Source: a virus (lineage: Duplodnaviria; Caudoviricetes). Taken from it: DNA of 64,000 bases. Position 1 is the first letter of the stretch. The number at the start of each line of letters is the position of its first letter. Of this stretch, positions 1 through 8,643 are shown piece after piece. The notes under the pieces were generated by a model. That model was not told where the DNA came from and did no database searches. It saw only the letters and a list, made by a program, of their open reading frames with translations. A program made the translations under genes and the position numbers. The stretch spans positions 11,864-75,863 of the IMG/VR virus record IMGVR_UViG_3300016265_001297; one strand, written 5' to 3'.

Positions 1-214
1 GAACACTATTAGTGCTTACCAAACTATCAATTCTATCATTAGAACAACCAGCCGCTATTATTTCTGCTGTTTTATTATCAAAAATTACAGCACCAGTTTT
101 AAACCTAGCAAAAGTTGATCGGCTAGATTGTTTTGCTGCCGCTTTCCAAATTTCATCGAACTGTCGCTCAGTAAATTTTTCTATATAAAAATCTTTAGGA
201 TAATTATTTAACAT
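1..214 (-). CDS. Cytidine/dCMP deaminase-like protein, N-terminal part (runs off window start)
   Basis: Hand translation MLNNYPKDF...SRSTFARFKTGAVIFDNKTAEIIAAGCSN resembles the S..r.kvGAVI.....IIa.G.N deaminase N-terminus; SD AAAGGA upstream; Zn ligands lie outside the window. Confidence 0.5.
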   Translation of the reverse strand, partial: MLNNYPKDFYIEKFTERQFDEIWKAAAKQSSRSTFARFKTGAVIFDNKTAEIIAAGCSNDRIDSLVSTNSV

Positions 215-300
215 TTTGTCCTTTTTGGCTTGCTGGCCTGTGTGAAGACACTATATCAGACGGGCGACAAAGCCGCAGACAAAATTATGCAAAAAGTCTT

Positions 301-331
301 TTCACAGCTTTTTCTAGGGCTGCTATAAAGT
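301..331 (+). promoter_or_regulatory. Early promoter TTCACA-N19-TAAAGT; a divergent promoter (TATAGT on -) lies just upstream
   Basis: Matches the repeated early promoter consensus; followed by a GC hairpin and AGAAAGGA SD. Confidence 0.6.
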
Positions 332-385
332 GTCTCACGAAAACCGGCGACCGCCAGCAGGCGTTAGCCAAAAAGAAAGGAAACA

Positions 386-706
386 ATGAACACAGCAGAG
401 ATTGTTGGAAATATTGTCACAGGAGAATGTGATGATGTTCTTAATGATATTGTAAAGGCAGTAAACAATAGGAGAAATTCTATTGCGTCCGATAAGATAA
501 ACAGCCTAAGCATTGGTGATGTAGTAGTGTTCACTGATGATATTAGGCCGAAGTATCTAGCAGGAAAGACAGCAGTAATTGTAAAAGTAAACCGGAAAAC
601 AGTTGCGGTTGATTGTCCAAATGACCCTGAGTATAGGTCTTATTGCGGCGCTCATTCGGTAAAGTGTCCGGTTGGCATTGTTAGGAAGGAAAATGACAAA
701 GTATAA
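386..706 (+). CDS. Hypothetical protein, SH3/KOW-like beta barrel
   Basis: SD AGAAAGGA; LSIGDVVVF...GKTAVIVKVNRKTVAV pattern. Confidence 0.7.
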   Translation: MNTAEIVGNIVTGECDDVLNDIVKAVNNRRNSIASDKINSLSIGDVVVFTDDIRPKYLAGKTAVIVKVNRKTVAVDCPNDPEYRSYCGAHSVKCPVGIVRKENDKV

Positions 707-854
707 CTTCGAAGATGAAGACCGGCCAAGAAAATTTGACCCGGAGAGAAAAAATAGGAAAACAGAAGATCAAGAATGGCGCAAGGAATACGAAGAGTAC
801 CTTGACGAACTAGATAGTTTAAGCAATTTTGACGAAGGAGATAATAATGAGTAG
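693..854 (+). CDS. Small charged hypothetical protein
   Basis: ATG 693 after AGGAAGGA; overlaps neighbours. Confidence 0.6.
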   Translation: MTKYNFEDEDRPRKFDPERKNRKTEDQEWRKEYEEYLDELDSLSNFDEGDNNE

Positions 855-1200
855 AGAATTTCCCAACCAAGACCCCTATCTTCCGCCCGGAGTGTCACCA
901 AATGACCCTCATTTTCAGGGAGGATATGAACCAGAAATTGATATTGACTATGCCAAGAAACTTATTGGTTGGCTAGAAGAGGCAGAAGGAACAGTAGAAG
1001 ATTCTGTTAAAATGTTAGTTTCTGCTGGAGAATATACTTCTGAAATGGCAGAAAAAGATATGAAGCTATCAAAGGAAATCGCTGGCATTAGAGATATGCT
1101 AGAACATTGTGTTGAGATCGAAGAGCAGAAAATTAATGGCGAGTATGATGAATATGATGCTGATTTTGCTTACGAATCTTGGCGCGATGACAATATGTAG
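847..1200 (+). CDS. Acidic hypothetical protein
   Basis: ATG 847 after GAAGGAGA; starts PNQDPYLPPGV. Confidence 0.7.
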   Translation: MSREFPNQDPYLPPGVSPNDPHFQGGYEPEIDIDYAKKLIGWLEEAEGTVEDSVKMLVSAGEYTSEMAEKDMKLSKEIAGIRDMLEHCVEIEEQKINGEYDEYDADFAYESWRDDNM

Positions 1201-1213
1201 AAAGGAAATTAAA

Positions 1214-1345
1214 ATGAGTCCAGACTGGTGGATAGAAGCGTGGGAAGCCTGCGCTGAACTTTACGAAGAAAAATGGGAAACAATGAGTGACTGTGAGCGC
1301 GATGAAGCAATTTCAGATTATGTGCTTGGAAATGGAGAATATTAA
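1214..1345 (+). CDS. Small acidic hypothetical protein
   Basis: SD AGAAAGGA, ATG 1214. Confidence 0.6.
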   Translation: MSPDWWIEAWEACAELYEEKWETMSDCERDEAISDYVLGNGEY

Positions 1346-1672
1346 ATGAAAGCTATAAAAATTTACGCAGACGGAAAACAAGAAATTGTTAATGTTTCAA
1401 CTCTTGATGATTTTCAAGAAGCTGTTGAAGGATATATTGAAGCAACTGGAAGATTTCCTAGCGACCCAAACCTTATTGGTTTTGTTAATGAGGATGGCAA
1501 ATTTCAAGAACTTCCAGTTAATGTAAAGGCAAGTGAACTAGTTTTTGGAGAACAATTCAAAAAAGATTATGTTTCTGGACAAGTTTACGATGCGGTTTGC
1601 GGGACTATGCTAGTATTAGGATACGACCCGGAGACAGGCGAGGAAAAAGATATTCCTCACGATTATCTTTAA
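1346..1672 (+). CDS. DUF3846-like protein
   Basis: LDDFQEAVEGYIE...FVNEDGK..LPVN...VCGTMLVLG pattern. Confidence 0.7.
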   Translation: MKAIKIYADGKQEIVNVSTLDDFQEAVEGYIEATGRFPSDPNLIGFVNEDGKFQELPVNVKASELVFGEQFKKDYVSGQVYDAVCGTMLVLGYDPETGEEKDIPHDYL

Positions 1673-1683
1673 GAAAGGAAAAA

Positions 1684-2136
1684 ATGAAAGTTTGGGGAAT
1701 GACTGACCCAAAAAACCTAAAAGACAAACATCTTTTGGGAGAACACCTAGAAATTCATACACTTATATCAGGAGGATGGGAAAATCATCCAGAGTCATTG
1801 TATAAGCGTTTTGACGGCGATATTCGTTGGCCTATTATGAGGCACGAATTTATTAGAATTGCTATGAATGATAGGTGGGAAGGCAGACACACTAAAAATA
1901 CACATAAAAGCCCGGTTGATAAATCTATGCTTGACGATGAATTTATTAATTATATTAATGATTATAAATTGTCAATTGATTTACAATCTTTTGATGCTTA
2001 TCAAAGCCAACAATATTTTGAAGAGTTTATGGAAGAAATTGGATTTCCAGAAACCACTATCGGTTATGATAGGCCGTGGGAAAGAGAAAATGTAACTATG
2101 GAACAATATTGGGATATGGAAGGAGTGAGAGCATAA
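1684..2136 (+). CDS. Pyrimidine dimer DNA glycosylase/endonuclease V-like protein
   Basis: N-terminal MKVWGMTDPKNLKDKHLLGEHLEIH fits the family motif (W.i.P..L...HLLGEh.ElH). Confidence 0.6.
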   Translation: MKVWGMTDPKNLKDKHLLGEHLEIHTLISGGWENHPESLYKRFDGDIRWPIMRHEFIRIAMNDRWEGRHTKNTHKSPVDKSMLDDEFINYINDYKLSIDLQSFDAYQSQQYFEEFMEEIGFPETTIGYDRPWERENVTMEQYWDMEGVRA

Positions 2137-2312
2137 TGAATATAGACGGATGTTTTGCTTGTTGTATCCCAGAAGATATAGGAACAGATATAGCAACAGA
2201 AGTAAACGCGCTATCTGAAATGGAAAAGTCAGAATTTTTCAATTCGTTTATGGCAAATCTAGATGAAGATAGTATCAGCATAATTGAATCTCACATTGAT
2301 TTTATCGTGTGA
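2136..2312 (+). CDS. Small hypothetical protein
   Basis: TAATG coupling with upstream gene, SD GGAGTG. Confidence 0.55.
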   Translation: MNIDGCFACCIPEDIGTDIATEVNALSEMEKSEFFNSFMANLDEDSISIIESHIDFIV

Positions 2313-2325
2313 GTGACTAGCGACT

Positions 2326-2356
2326 TTTACAACAAGAAAAGTAACTATGCTAGTAT
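2326..2356 (+). promoter_or_regulatory. Early promoter TTTACA-N19-TAGTAT
   Basis: Consensus match; GC hairpin and SD follow. Confidence 0.7.
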
Positions 2357-2421
2357 GTGACTGCGGCTAGTGGCGAATCCGCTACTGTCGCCGCGAACAA
2401 TATAAAAGAGAAAGGAATATA

Positions 2422-2658
2422 ATGAATTCAAAGAAGTTTTATGAGGAATACTATTCCTCACTAAAAGGCTGGACTTGTGTTGATGTAATTATCAAGACAG
2501 AAGATAACTATGGACTAGAGGATAACTGGCCTACGCTAGTATTTACTCATCCAGAATTCAAGAATGAAATTCACCTAGAACTATCTAGTGATGAAGAAGG
2601 CAATAGGCCCGGATTTGCTTTTGGGCTACCAATTCCAGAAGTACCAGCAACTAACTAA
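2422..2658 (+). CDS. Hypothetical protein
   Basis: SD AGAAAGGA; ends in SSDEEGNRPG motif. Confidence 0.7.
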   Translation: MNSKKFYEEYYSSLKGWTCVDVIIKTEDNYGLEDNWPTLVFTHPEFKNEIHLELSSDEEGNRPGFAFGLPIPEVPATN

Positions 2659-2670
2659 AAGAGAGGAAAA

Positions 2671-3315
2671 ATGGGAATTATCAAAAATACAGATATTCTT
2701 TTGCGTAGAGCAGAAGAGCATAAGGCAGCAGATCATATTTCTCAAGGAAGTTATGGGGTAATTGATTATTCTAAGAATGGAAAAATTGAGACAACAGAAT
2801 GGCGAGGATGCGCTATTGGATGCCTAGCAACAGAAACAACTATTCAGGCATTGATGAAGCAAGATGATTTTGACTTTGATTTTGATGCCGCTTTAGTTGA
2901 TCACGAAAATGGAGTATCTTACTACGAAATTAGGCTTACCTCACCAAGACTAAGAGAAATGCTACAGAATAAGTTTGGTATGCCTAATAAGCTAATTTTT
3001 CTAGCAGAAGCTATTTTCGAAGGTGCTGACCCCGAATATGCTAGAGATTGGCCGGTAGAGTTTGCTAAGGCTATGAAAACACTAGAGGGAATCAACATTA
3101 CCGATGACGATATTGATTCTTTTTGGAAGAAAATAGTATCAGAAAGAAGTATCGGATGTTATGATTATCCAGAAGAATTCGACCCCGGAAACTTCGTGGA
3201 TGATGATGAACTGCTTTGGGGAATTGATGATTATTTTCAGGTAGTTGATTACGATGTAGGCAATATGCTCATTTCTTGGACAGAAGACATTTATCGCAAG
3301 TTTACACATGAATAA
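2671..3315 (+). CDS. Hypothetical phage protein
   Basis: 214 aa ORF with SD; H..AD...QG.Y, GCAIGCL, FGMP...LAEAIFEG motifs. Confidence 0.75.
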   Translation: MGIIKNTDILLRRAEEHKAADHISQGSYGVIDYSKNGKIETTEWRGCAIGCLATETTIQALMKQDDFDFDFDAALVDHENGVSYYEIRLTSPRLREMLQNKFGMPNKLIFLAEAIFEGADPEYARDWPVEFAKAMKTLEGINITDDDIDSFWKKIVSERSIGCYDYPEEFDPGNFVDDDELLWGIDDYFQVVDYDVGNMLISWTEDIYRKFTHE

Positions 3316-3331
3316 TGTGCTGTGATAAGGT
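3301..3331 (+). promoter_or_regulatory. Early promoter TTTACA-N19-TAAGGT
   Basis: Consensus match. Confidence 0.65.
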
Positions 3332-3376
3332 AGTCCTGCGGCTGTATCCCGGCGATGCCGGGGCAGCCAGCAGGCA
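3331..3376 (+). repeat. 46-bp GC-rich leader hairpin, exact copy at 6941-6986
   Basis: TAGTCCTGCGGCTGTATCCCGGCGATGCCGGGGCAGCCAGCAGGCA identical at both sites. Confidence 0.95.
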
Positions 3377-3399
3377 CTAAAAAGAGAAAGGATATAATT

Positions 3400-3852
3400 A
3401 TGACACTAGACACAACAAGCATTGATGATATTACAGAAAGCCTAGATCATTTTGATTCTGAGGACCAAATTTCAGTAGGGGAACTAGTTTCTGCTAGAAA
3501 CGAGGTAATTGATAAGTATCTTTCATATTGTAAGAGTTGCGATGATATTGGCGACACTGATATTGAATATCATATTTCTGTTCTTACTCAGGTAAAAAAT
3601 ATTGACGATAATGTTGGACACCTAAGCCACTATACAGAGTTGGTATCAGAAAATAATGTTGAGGAATACATTAGGGAGCATATCGAAAATGAGTTTCCCG
3701 AGGCCGCTGAATACGCACAAGGATATTACAGTAGTTGGCCTATGAATCATATTGAGTTTGATCTAGATGCGGCCATTGAGGAAAAGGTTAGCGAGGCAGA
3801 AGAGATTACTATTTCTGGAACTACTTTTTATGTAGTTGACCTATCTTACTAA
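3400..3852 (+). CDS. Acidic protein, WP..ID-like paralog family (ArdA/DNA-mimic-like)
   Basis: SWPMNHIEFDLDAA...ISGTTFY resembles 10710 and 14549 ORFs; very D/E rich. Confidence 0.6.
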   Translation: MTLDTTSIDDITESLDHFDSEDQISVGELVSARNEVIDKYLSYCKSCDDIGDTDIEYHISVLTQVKNIDDNVGHLSHYTELVSENNVEEYIREHIENEFPEAAEYAQGYYSSWPMNHIEFDLDAAIEEKVSEAEEITISGTTFYVVDLSY

Positions 3853-3867
3853 GAAAGAAGGTATAAA

Positions 3868-3954
3868 ATGGAAGAAGATGTAGGAACATCCATCGTGATA
3901 CTATTCTTTTTAGTATTAGGAATTATTGTTAATTTGTTTGACAAGTTTATGTAG
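3868..3954 (+). CDS. 28-aa membrane peptide
   Basis: MEEDVGTSIVILFFLVLGIIVNLFDKFM; SD AGAAGG. Confidence 0.5.
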   Translation: MEEDVGTSIVILFFLVLGIIVNLFDKFM

Positions 3955-3963
3955 AAAGGAACT

Positions 3964-4461
3964 ATGGATAAACAAGAATACCTAGTAAAGCAGTTTTGGT
4001 TTGAGCCTGTTTATGGAGAAGATCGTTATAAATATGAATGCTTAGTAATGAAGCATCCTTTTGGACACTATGTTTCTTATGCTAGTGTTTCAGAAAATTC
4101 TCCACTGTATAAGATAAGTGGGCAAACTGAGGTAGAAAGCATTATTCAAAATATGTTTTCAGAAGATTCTTTTGAAGACATTATTAGTTTTAAAACTGAA
4201 AATTTTCCACAAGGAATTACATACTACGATAGTATAAATCCCCTAACTGATTCAGAAGATGAAGACAATAGATGGTGGATTGGAACTGACTATGTAAATT
4301 GGATGGAAAAGTCAAAAAAAGAAGTTATAGAGGGCGCTTTGGCAATGGCTATGCTTGTACAAATGATTGATTCAGCAACTTCTGAATATTTTTCACATAT
4401 TCTACAAAAGAATATGTTGAAATTTACATACGAAAATGTTTGCTGGAAAAGAGAACATTAA
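3964..4461 (+). CDS. Hypothetical protein
   Basis: SD AGAAAGGA; GHYVSYASV and WWIGTDY motifs. Confidence 0.7.
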   Translation: MDKQEYLVKQFWFEPVYGEDRYKYECLVMKHPFGHYVSYASVSENSPLYKISGQTEVESIIQNMFSEDSFEDIISFKTENFPQGITYYDSINPLTDSEDEDNRWWIGTDYVNWMEKSKKEVIEGALAMAMLVQMIDSATSEYFSHILQKNMLKFTYENVCWKREH

Positions 4462-4471
4462 CTAGTTTTTA

Positions 4472-4545
4472 GGGGAAGTAACTCAAATAGGTAGAGTAGC
4501 AGACTTTTAATCTGATGGTTATGGGTTCGATTCCCATCTTCCCCA
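4472..4545 (+). tRNA. tRNA-Lys(UUU), CCA not encoded
   Basis: Cloverleaf GGGGAAG/CTTCCCC, loop CT-TTT-AA, GGTTCGATTCC T arm. Confidence 0.92.
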
Positions 4546-4553
4546 TAAAACTT

Positions 4554-4625
4554 GCCGCTATGGTCTAATGGTCAAGACACTAGTTTTTCACGCTAGTTAT
4601 CTGAGTTCGATTCTCAGTAGCGGTA
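4554..4625 (+). tRNA. tRNA-Glu(UUC), CCA not encoded
   Basis: GCCGCTA/TAGCGGT acceptor, loop TT-TTC-AC, GTTCGATTC T arm. Confidence 0.9.
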
Positions 4626-4632
4626 TAATTTC

Positions 4633-4663
4633 TTCACACAGAAAAAATGCGGTACGGTAGTAT
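4633..4663 (+). promoter_or_regulatory. Early promoter TTCACA-N19-TAGTAT
   Basis: Consensus match; GCGGT-AGAGA-ACCGC hairpin follows. Confidence 0.7.
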
Positions 4664-4711
4664 TGTCTTAGCGGTAGAGAACCGCACCAAAACAAAGAAA
4701 GAGAGAAAATT

Positions 4712-5098
4712 ATGAGTAAGATTCATATTGGCGATGTAGCGGTTGATTCTGGACAACTTATGATTACTGACCCTTGCTATATTGATATGTTTGAGACTCA
4801 AAACGATAGCGATTTTTATGAGTCAATTCCAGAAGGTGTTGATCTAAATAATCATCATAACGAAGAGCCACTAGATAATTATCCGTACACTTATGGTGGC
4901 GCTTGTGCTGCTAGTTGTAATAGGGATGGCGCTGCTGTAATGACTGCTTCTACAATGAATACGCCGGGAATTGGCGCGTGTTTTTCTACTGGATATGGCG
5001 ACGGTATGTATCCAGTGTATGTAGAGCATAGTGACGATGGTAGAGTAAAGAGTGTTACTATTGAGTTTATGGAAGGCGAAGAAGAGGATATTTGGTAA
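4712..5098 (+). CDS. DUF4241-like protein
   Basis: VAVDSGQLMITDPCY...FSTGYGDGMYPVY motif. Confidence 0.7.
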   Translation: MSKIHIGDVAVDSGQLMITDPCYIDMFETQNDSDFYESIPEGVDLNNHHNEEPLDNYPYTYGGACAASCNRDGAAVMTASTMNTPGIGACFSTGYGDGMYPVYVEHSDDGRVKSVTIEFMEGEEEDIW

Positions 5099-5136
5099 TG
5101 ATAAAATTTCAAAATGACATAAAGGAGTGGTAAAAT

Positions 5137-5565
5137 ATGGCTACTAGGTCACAAGTATTGTTTTATGAAGAAGGTTATGATAGACCAATTGTTTTTTACC
5201 AGCATTGGGACGGTTATGAGTTACCACATATTGTTGCTGATGCCCTTGATAGGGCAGATAAAGCCGGTAGGCTAACCGATACGCCTTATCTTGGAAGAAT
5301 TATTTTTTCTGAAATGCTTAGGCATAGCAATCATAATAATGAAGATTGGAATACTGCTCTCAGCGACCCACTTAGTTATGGAATATCTTTTTCTAAAACT
5401 GATTGGATTGAGTGGACAGTAGAAGTTCACAGCAAATATAATGATAAGCCAACTATTGTAGTAAATGAAGATGCTTATTCTTTCGATAATTTTATTACTC
5501 ATTATTTAAAAGAAAATGGCGCTTGGAACTGGAAAAATAAAGTAGAGGAACCGGTAAATGTCTAG
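5137..5565 (+). CDS. Hypothetical phage protein (Y.HWDGY family)
   Basis: MATRS...VFYQHWDGY; SD AAGGAG. Confidence 0.7.
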   Translation: MATRSQVLFYEEGYDRPIVFYQHWDGYELPHIVADALDRADKAGRLTDTPYLGRIIFSEMLRHSNHNNEDWNTALSDPLSYGISFSKTDWIEWTVEVHSKYNDKPTIVVNEDAYSFDNFITHYLKENGAWNWKNKVEEPVNV

Positions 5566-5854
5566 AAAACCAAAAGTAAGTGACGCAGAAGGTTGGGAAC
5601 AAACATATAAGAGTGAGCGTGAGTATGAAAATGTAGTTGTAGAATCTCCGACCGGGCTTACTGTAAAAAATCCAGAAAGTGAAAAGCGATTCAGTTATGT
5701 TGGAGAAAGAATTGCTCTTGACAATTGGTTTAGGCTAAAAGCGACCGGACATAGGACTAAGTATTTTTATGGGGAAACTGCTTGGTCAGATGTTTACAGA
5801 GAAGCAAATGAACTAGATTGGCAAATAGAAAAGGATAAAAACGGATGGCGATAA
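5558..5854 (+). CDS. Hypothetical protein
   Basis: Overlapping start, SD GAGGA; KYFYGETAWSD motif. Confidence 0.65.
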   Translation: MSRKPKVSDAEGWEQTYKSEREYENVVVESPTGLTVKNPESEKRFSYVGERIALDNWFRLKATGHRTKYFYGETAWSDVYREANELDWQIEKDKNGWR

Positions 5855-6075
5855 AAAATCGGTGTTGTCCAAACTGTAGTAATGAAAAAACATTTTCAAC
5901 TATAGAAAAAACTATAGCAACATCTAGCGTAGATTATATTACATCTGATGGAGTTATAGAATGGACTGGCGAAACAGACTGCGATGATTTTGAGACAATA
6001 GGAATTATCTGTATGGCCTGCGGTTGGGAGCATATAGGTAAAAATTGGATGGCTGCTTTACACACAAAAAACTAG
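5845..6075 (+). CDS. Zinc-ribbon protein
   Basis: CPNC...CMAC ligands. Confidence 0.6.
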   Translation: MAIKNRCCPNCSNEKTFSTIEKTIATSSVDYITSDGVIEWTGETDCDDFETIGIICMACGWEHIGKNWMAALHTKN

Positions 6076-6087
6076 GTAGGCTATACT
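6057..6087 (+). promoter_or_regulatory. Early promoter TTTACA-N19-TATACT
   Basis: Consensus match. Confidence 0.7.
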
Positions 6088-6132
6088 GGGTTTCCGGTCG
6101 CACTAGCGGCATAACCAGACAGAAAGAAAATT

Positions 6133-6672
6133 ATGAGTAACTATCACGAATATGGAGTAAATGTAAAAGTTTACGATAGCATTTATGTAGAAGGTCAAGA
6201 AATTCTTGATGAAGATGACCTAAATTTTGCTTATGAATCAGCAGTACAAAGTTTTTGGAATAGTCTTTCTGACTATACAAAAAAGACTTTCAATAAAGAT
6301 TGTTGGTCAGAAGGCAGAAGCGGTGGTTGGGCTATATTTGATACAGGAGAATATGAACCGCCAGAGGAATGGGTAGAAACAGTAATAGAATACCTCGGTT
6401 GGGCAAAAGACGATATTTATCCTAGTATTGTAAAAGATATTATTGAAGACAGAAGGTGGCAAGAGCATATTGTTTTTGTCACTAGCGACAAAGAAACATT
6501 TGAAATTATAAACAAGAAAAGCGTAGTGGCTACTGTAGAAACTGATCTTCTTAGCGATAAAAGTCAGGAAGATCAGATTCAGCAAAAGATAGATGATGAT
6601 TTTGAGGATATGGCACTAATTCTTGATGGAAATCACATTGTTGATTTTGTAAATATAAAAAGGAGAAACTAA
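6133..6672 (+). CDS. Acidic hypothetical protein (GRSGGW family)
   Basis: 179 aa ORF, EGRSGGW motif. Confidence 0.7.
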   Translation: MSNYHEYGVNVKVYDSIYVEGQEILDEDDLNFAYESAVQSFWNSLSDYTKKTFNKDCWSEGRSGGWAIFDTGEYEPPEEWVETVIEYLGWAKDDIYPSIVKDIIEDRRWQEHIVFVTSDKETFEIINKKSVVATVETDLLSDKSQEDQIQQKIDDDFEDMALILDGNHIVDFVNIKRRN

Positions 6673-6909
6673 ATGACTGAACTATACGGTGGAGAAGTAG
6701 TTTTTGAGTGTGATTACGAAAAAGAAAACTATAAGCAGTTTTGTGATGATATGCTTTACGCAGGACTTGAGTGTAAGCATTATTTTGGAAGGTTTTTTTA
6801 CGAGGGTCCATCGGTTGTAGTAAGTGATATTCAGAAAGCACTAAGCAATACTAAGGTCAAGTGTAGAACTGATAGTATGGGCCTTGAATATGTAGTTTAT
6901 CCAGAGTAG
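6673..6909 (+). CDS. Hypothetical protein
   Basis: GRFFYEGPSV...DSMGLEYVVYP; SD AGGAG. Confidence 0.7.
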   Translation: MTELYGGEVVFECDYEKENYKQFCDDMLYAGLECKHYFGRFFYEGPSVVVSDIQKALSNTKVKCRTDSMGLEYVVYPE

Positions 6910-6940
6910 GCTCCCACTAAAAAAATCAGATAGCCTAGTA

Positions 6941-6986
6941 TAGTCCTGCGGCTGTATCCCGGCGATGCCGGGGCAGCCAGCAGGCA
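6941..6986 (+). repeat. Second copy of the 46-bp leader hairpin, directly after a TAGTAT -10 box
   Basis: Exact match to 3331-3376. Confidence 0.95.
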
Positions 6987-7003
6987 AATACTAGAAAGGA
7001 ATT

Positions 7004-7261
7004 ATGAAGGTAGATAGCAACATTGTTATTGAGAGAGAAAGTATTTCTCTTGAAAAGTGTGAAAAGAATGTTTGGAAACTGTCCATTGAAGGCAATGTAT
7101 ATTACATTCATTACGGCAATGGCAAATTTGGAATAACCAAAGAATACAGTAATACAGTACAAGGTTATGGCGGCGAAGAGACACTTAGCAGAGAAATTCT
7201 TATAGAAGAGTTTAGCGACCCTTATAAACTAGCAAGATACATTATAGAAAACATTTTATAA
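7004..7261 (+). CDS. Hypothetical protein
   Basis: SD AGAAAGGA. Confidence 0.65.
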   Translation: MKVDSNIVIERESISLEKCEKNVWKLSIEGNVYYIHYGNGKFGITKEYSNTVQGYGGEETLSREILIEEFSDPYKLARYIIENIL

Positions 7262-7263
7262 TT

Positions 7264-7518
7264 ATGGAAGACCTTACTATAGAAAAGGCAGTAGAGAACG
7301 CAGCAAAAGTAGGAGAACCTTTTGTTGTAAATAGCCTTTATGAATCTTCGCCAAGAAATTTGTATGTGGCTATGGTAAAAAGAGATTTTTCGCCTTTTGG
7401 CGAAGAGAGATCATTTGCTACAATTTTGGTAAATGAAACTCGTTGCTTTGATGGTCATTATGATATGACTTATACTGATGCTTGGGATGATTTACTAGAA
7501 AGGAGTAATAGAAAATAA
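7264..7518 (+). CDS. Hypothetical protein
   Basis: Co-oriented; FDGHYDMTY motif. Confidence 0.65.
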   Translation: MEDLTIEKAVENAAKVGEPFVVNSLYESSPRNLYVAMVKRDFSPFGEERSFATILVNETRCFDGHYDMTYTDAWDDLLERSNRK

Positions 7519-7745
7519 TGGGACTAACTGAGGCTGTACTCGCAATTTGTGAGGCAAATATTGATCATATGGCTAAATATAGGTGGGATATTGAAGAGAT
7601 TGATTATGAAAGTAGTTCGTACTATGATTGGCTTGTTGATGAATCTAATAAAATGGCAGACTTTGTTTTTGAAGGAATTGATAACTCTATTGAGAGGTAT
7701 ATTGATTCTGGAGATATGAATCCTCCGCCTGATAAGGATAAGTAA
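7518..7745 (+). CDS. Acidic hypothetical protein
   Basis: TAATG coupling. Confidence 0.6.
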   Translation: MGLTEAVLAICEANIDHMAKYRWDIEEIDYESSSYYDWLVDESNKMADFVFEGIDNSIERYIDSGDMNPPPDKDK

Positions 7746-7975
7746 TGAATTACGACCAGTATGATTTATATTATATTCTGGAGCGAGATTTTGAAGCAAG
7801 AATAAGTAGTCTTTGCCGCGACCTTATAAAGCAAAAAGCTGGCGGAAAAGTTTATGAATTTGATTTAGAAGAAGAGGTTTGGTCTATAACCGATACGATT
7901 CTACAATCAATTCAAGACAATATTAGTCAGCACCTAGATAATAACATACCTAGTTGGAAGGAGAATAATGAGTAG
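7745..7975 (+). CDS. Hypothetical protein
   Basis: TAATG coupling. Confidence 0.6.
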   Translation: MNYDQYDLYYILERDFEARISSLCRDLIKQKAGGKVYEFDLEEEVWSITDTILQSIQDNISQHLDNNIPSWKENNE

Positions 7976-8552
7976 GAAACTTAGAAATCAATGGTGGGAA
8001 GATTATGACTGGTATAAAGCACAAGGATTTGCTGATGATTATGAGGATATTCCCGGCGTAAATTTTGACGAAGAAGGCGTAGTAAGTTTTCCAGACAATA
8101 TTGAACAATATAATCTTCCTATGGTGACTGCGGAAGCATATTACGATACTGTTGATGTAGAAGTTACTATTTGCCAAATTGATGATTCTCAGGCTAGTTA
8201 TAGTGATGTAGTTGATTGTGCTAATGAAATCATTTCTGGGCATTCTACTGTAATAAAAGATTGGCCCGGAGAATTTGCCGGAGCAGCAATAACAAGCGCA
8301 ATAGAAAATACAAGAATTATTATTTCTGGAATTACATTTGTTTGGGGAAGGCAAACAGAATTTTTTAGAAGTTTTTCTGAGCGCCACCCGTTTGTGGAAA
8401 TTCATTGTGAATCAACTAATATTGATTCGAATTATTTTTGTGAAGATATTTTTGCTGACGGTAGATATATTCTAAATTGCGAAGATAGTTTTTCCAATAA
8501 GTATCCAGATATTTACCGCGAGTATCTAGAAGAAGTAATGGCGGAAAACTAG
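7968..8552 (+). CDS. Acidic hypothetical protein
   Basis: 194 aa, SD AAGGAG. Confidence 0.7.
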   Translation: MSRKLRNQWWEDYDWYKAQGFADDYEDIPGVNFDEEGVVSFPDNIEQYNLPMVTAEAYYDTVDVEVTICQIDDSQASYSDVVDCANEIISGHSTVIKDWPGEFAGAAITSAIENTRIIISGITFVWGRQTEFFRSFSERHPFVEIHCESTNIDSNYFCEDIFADGRYILNCEDSFSNKYPDIYREYLEEVMAEN

Positions 8553-8562
8553 CCGGTAAATT

Positions 8563-8593
8563 GTCACACAAGAAAAATTGGCGGTGCTATATT
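8563..8593 (+). promoter_or_regulatory. Early promoter GTCACA-N19-TATATT
   Basis: Consensus match with A-tract. Confidence 0.65.
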
Positions 8594-8643
8594 GTGTGTC
8601 GCTTGGGAAGCCGCGCAAGACAGAAAATGAGAAAGGAAATACA

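Noticed and set aside
4546-4700. HDV-like theta ribozymes at tRNA 3' trailers
   Set aside because: Trailers of all four tRNAs are a short spacer, a promoter, AT-rich sequence or a terminator; no nested double pseudoknot seen.
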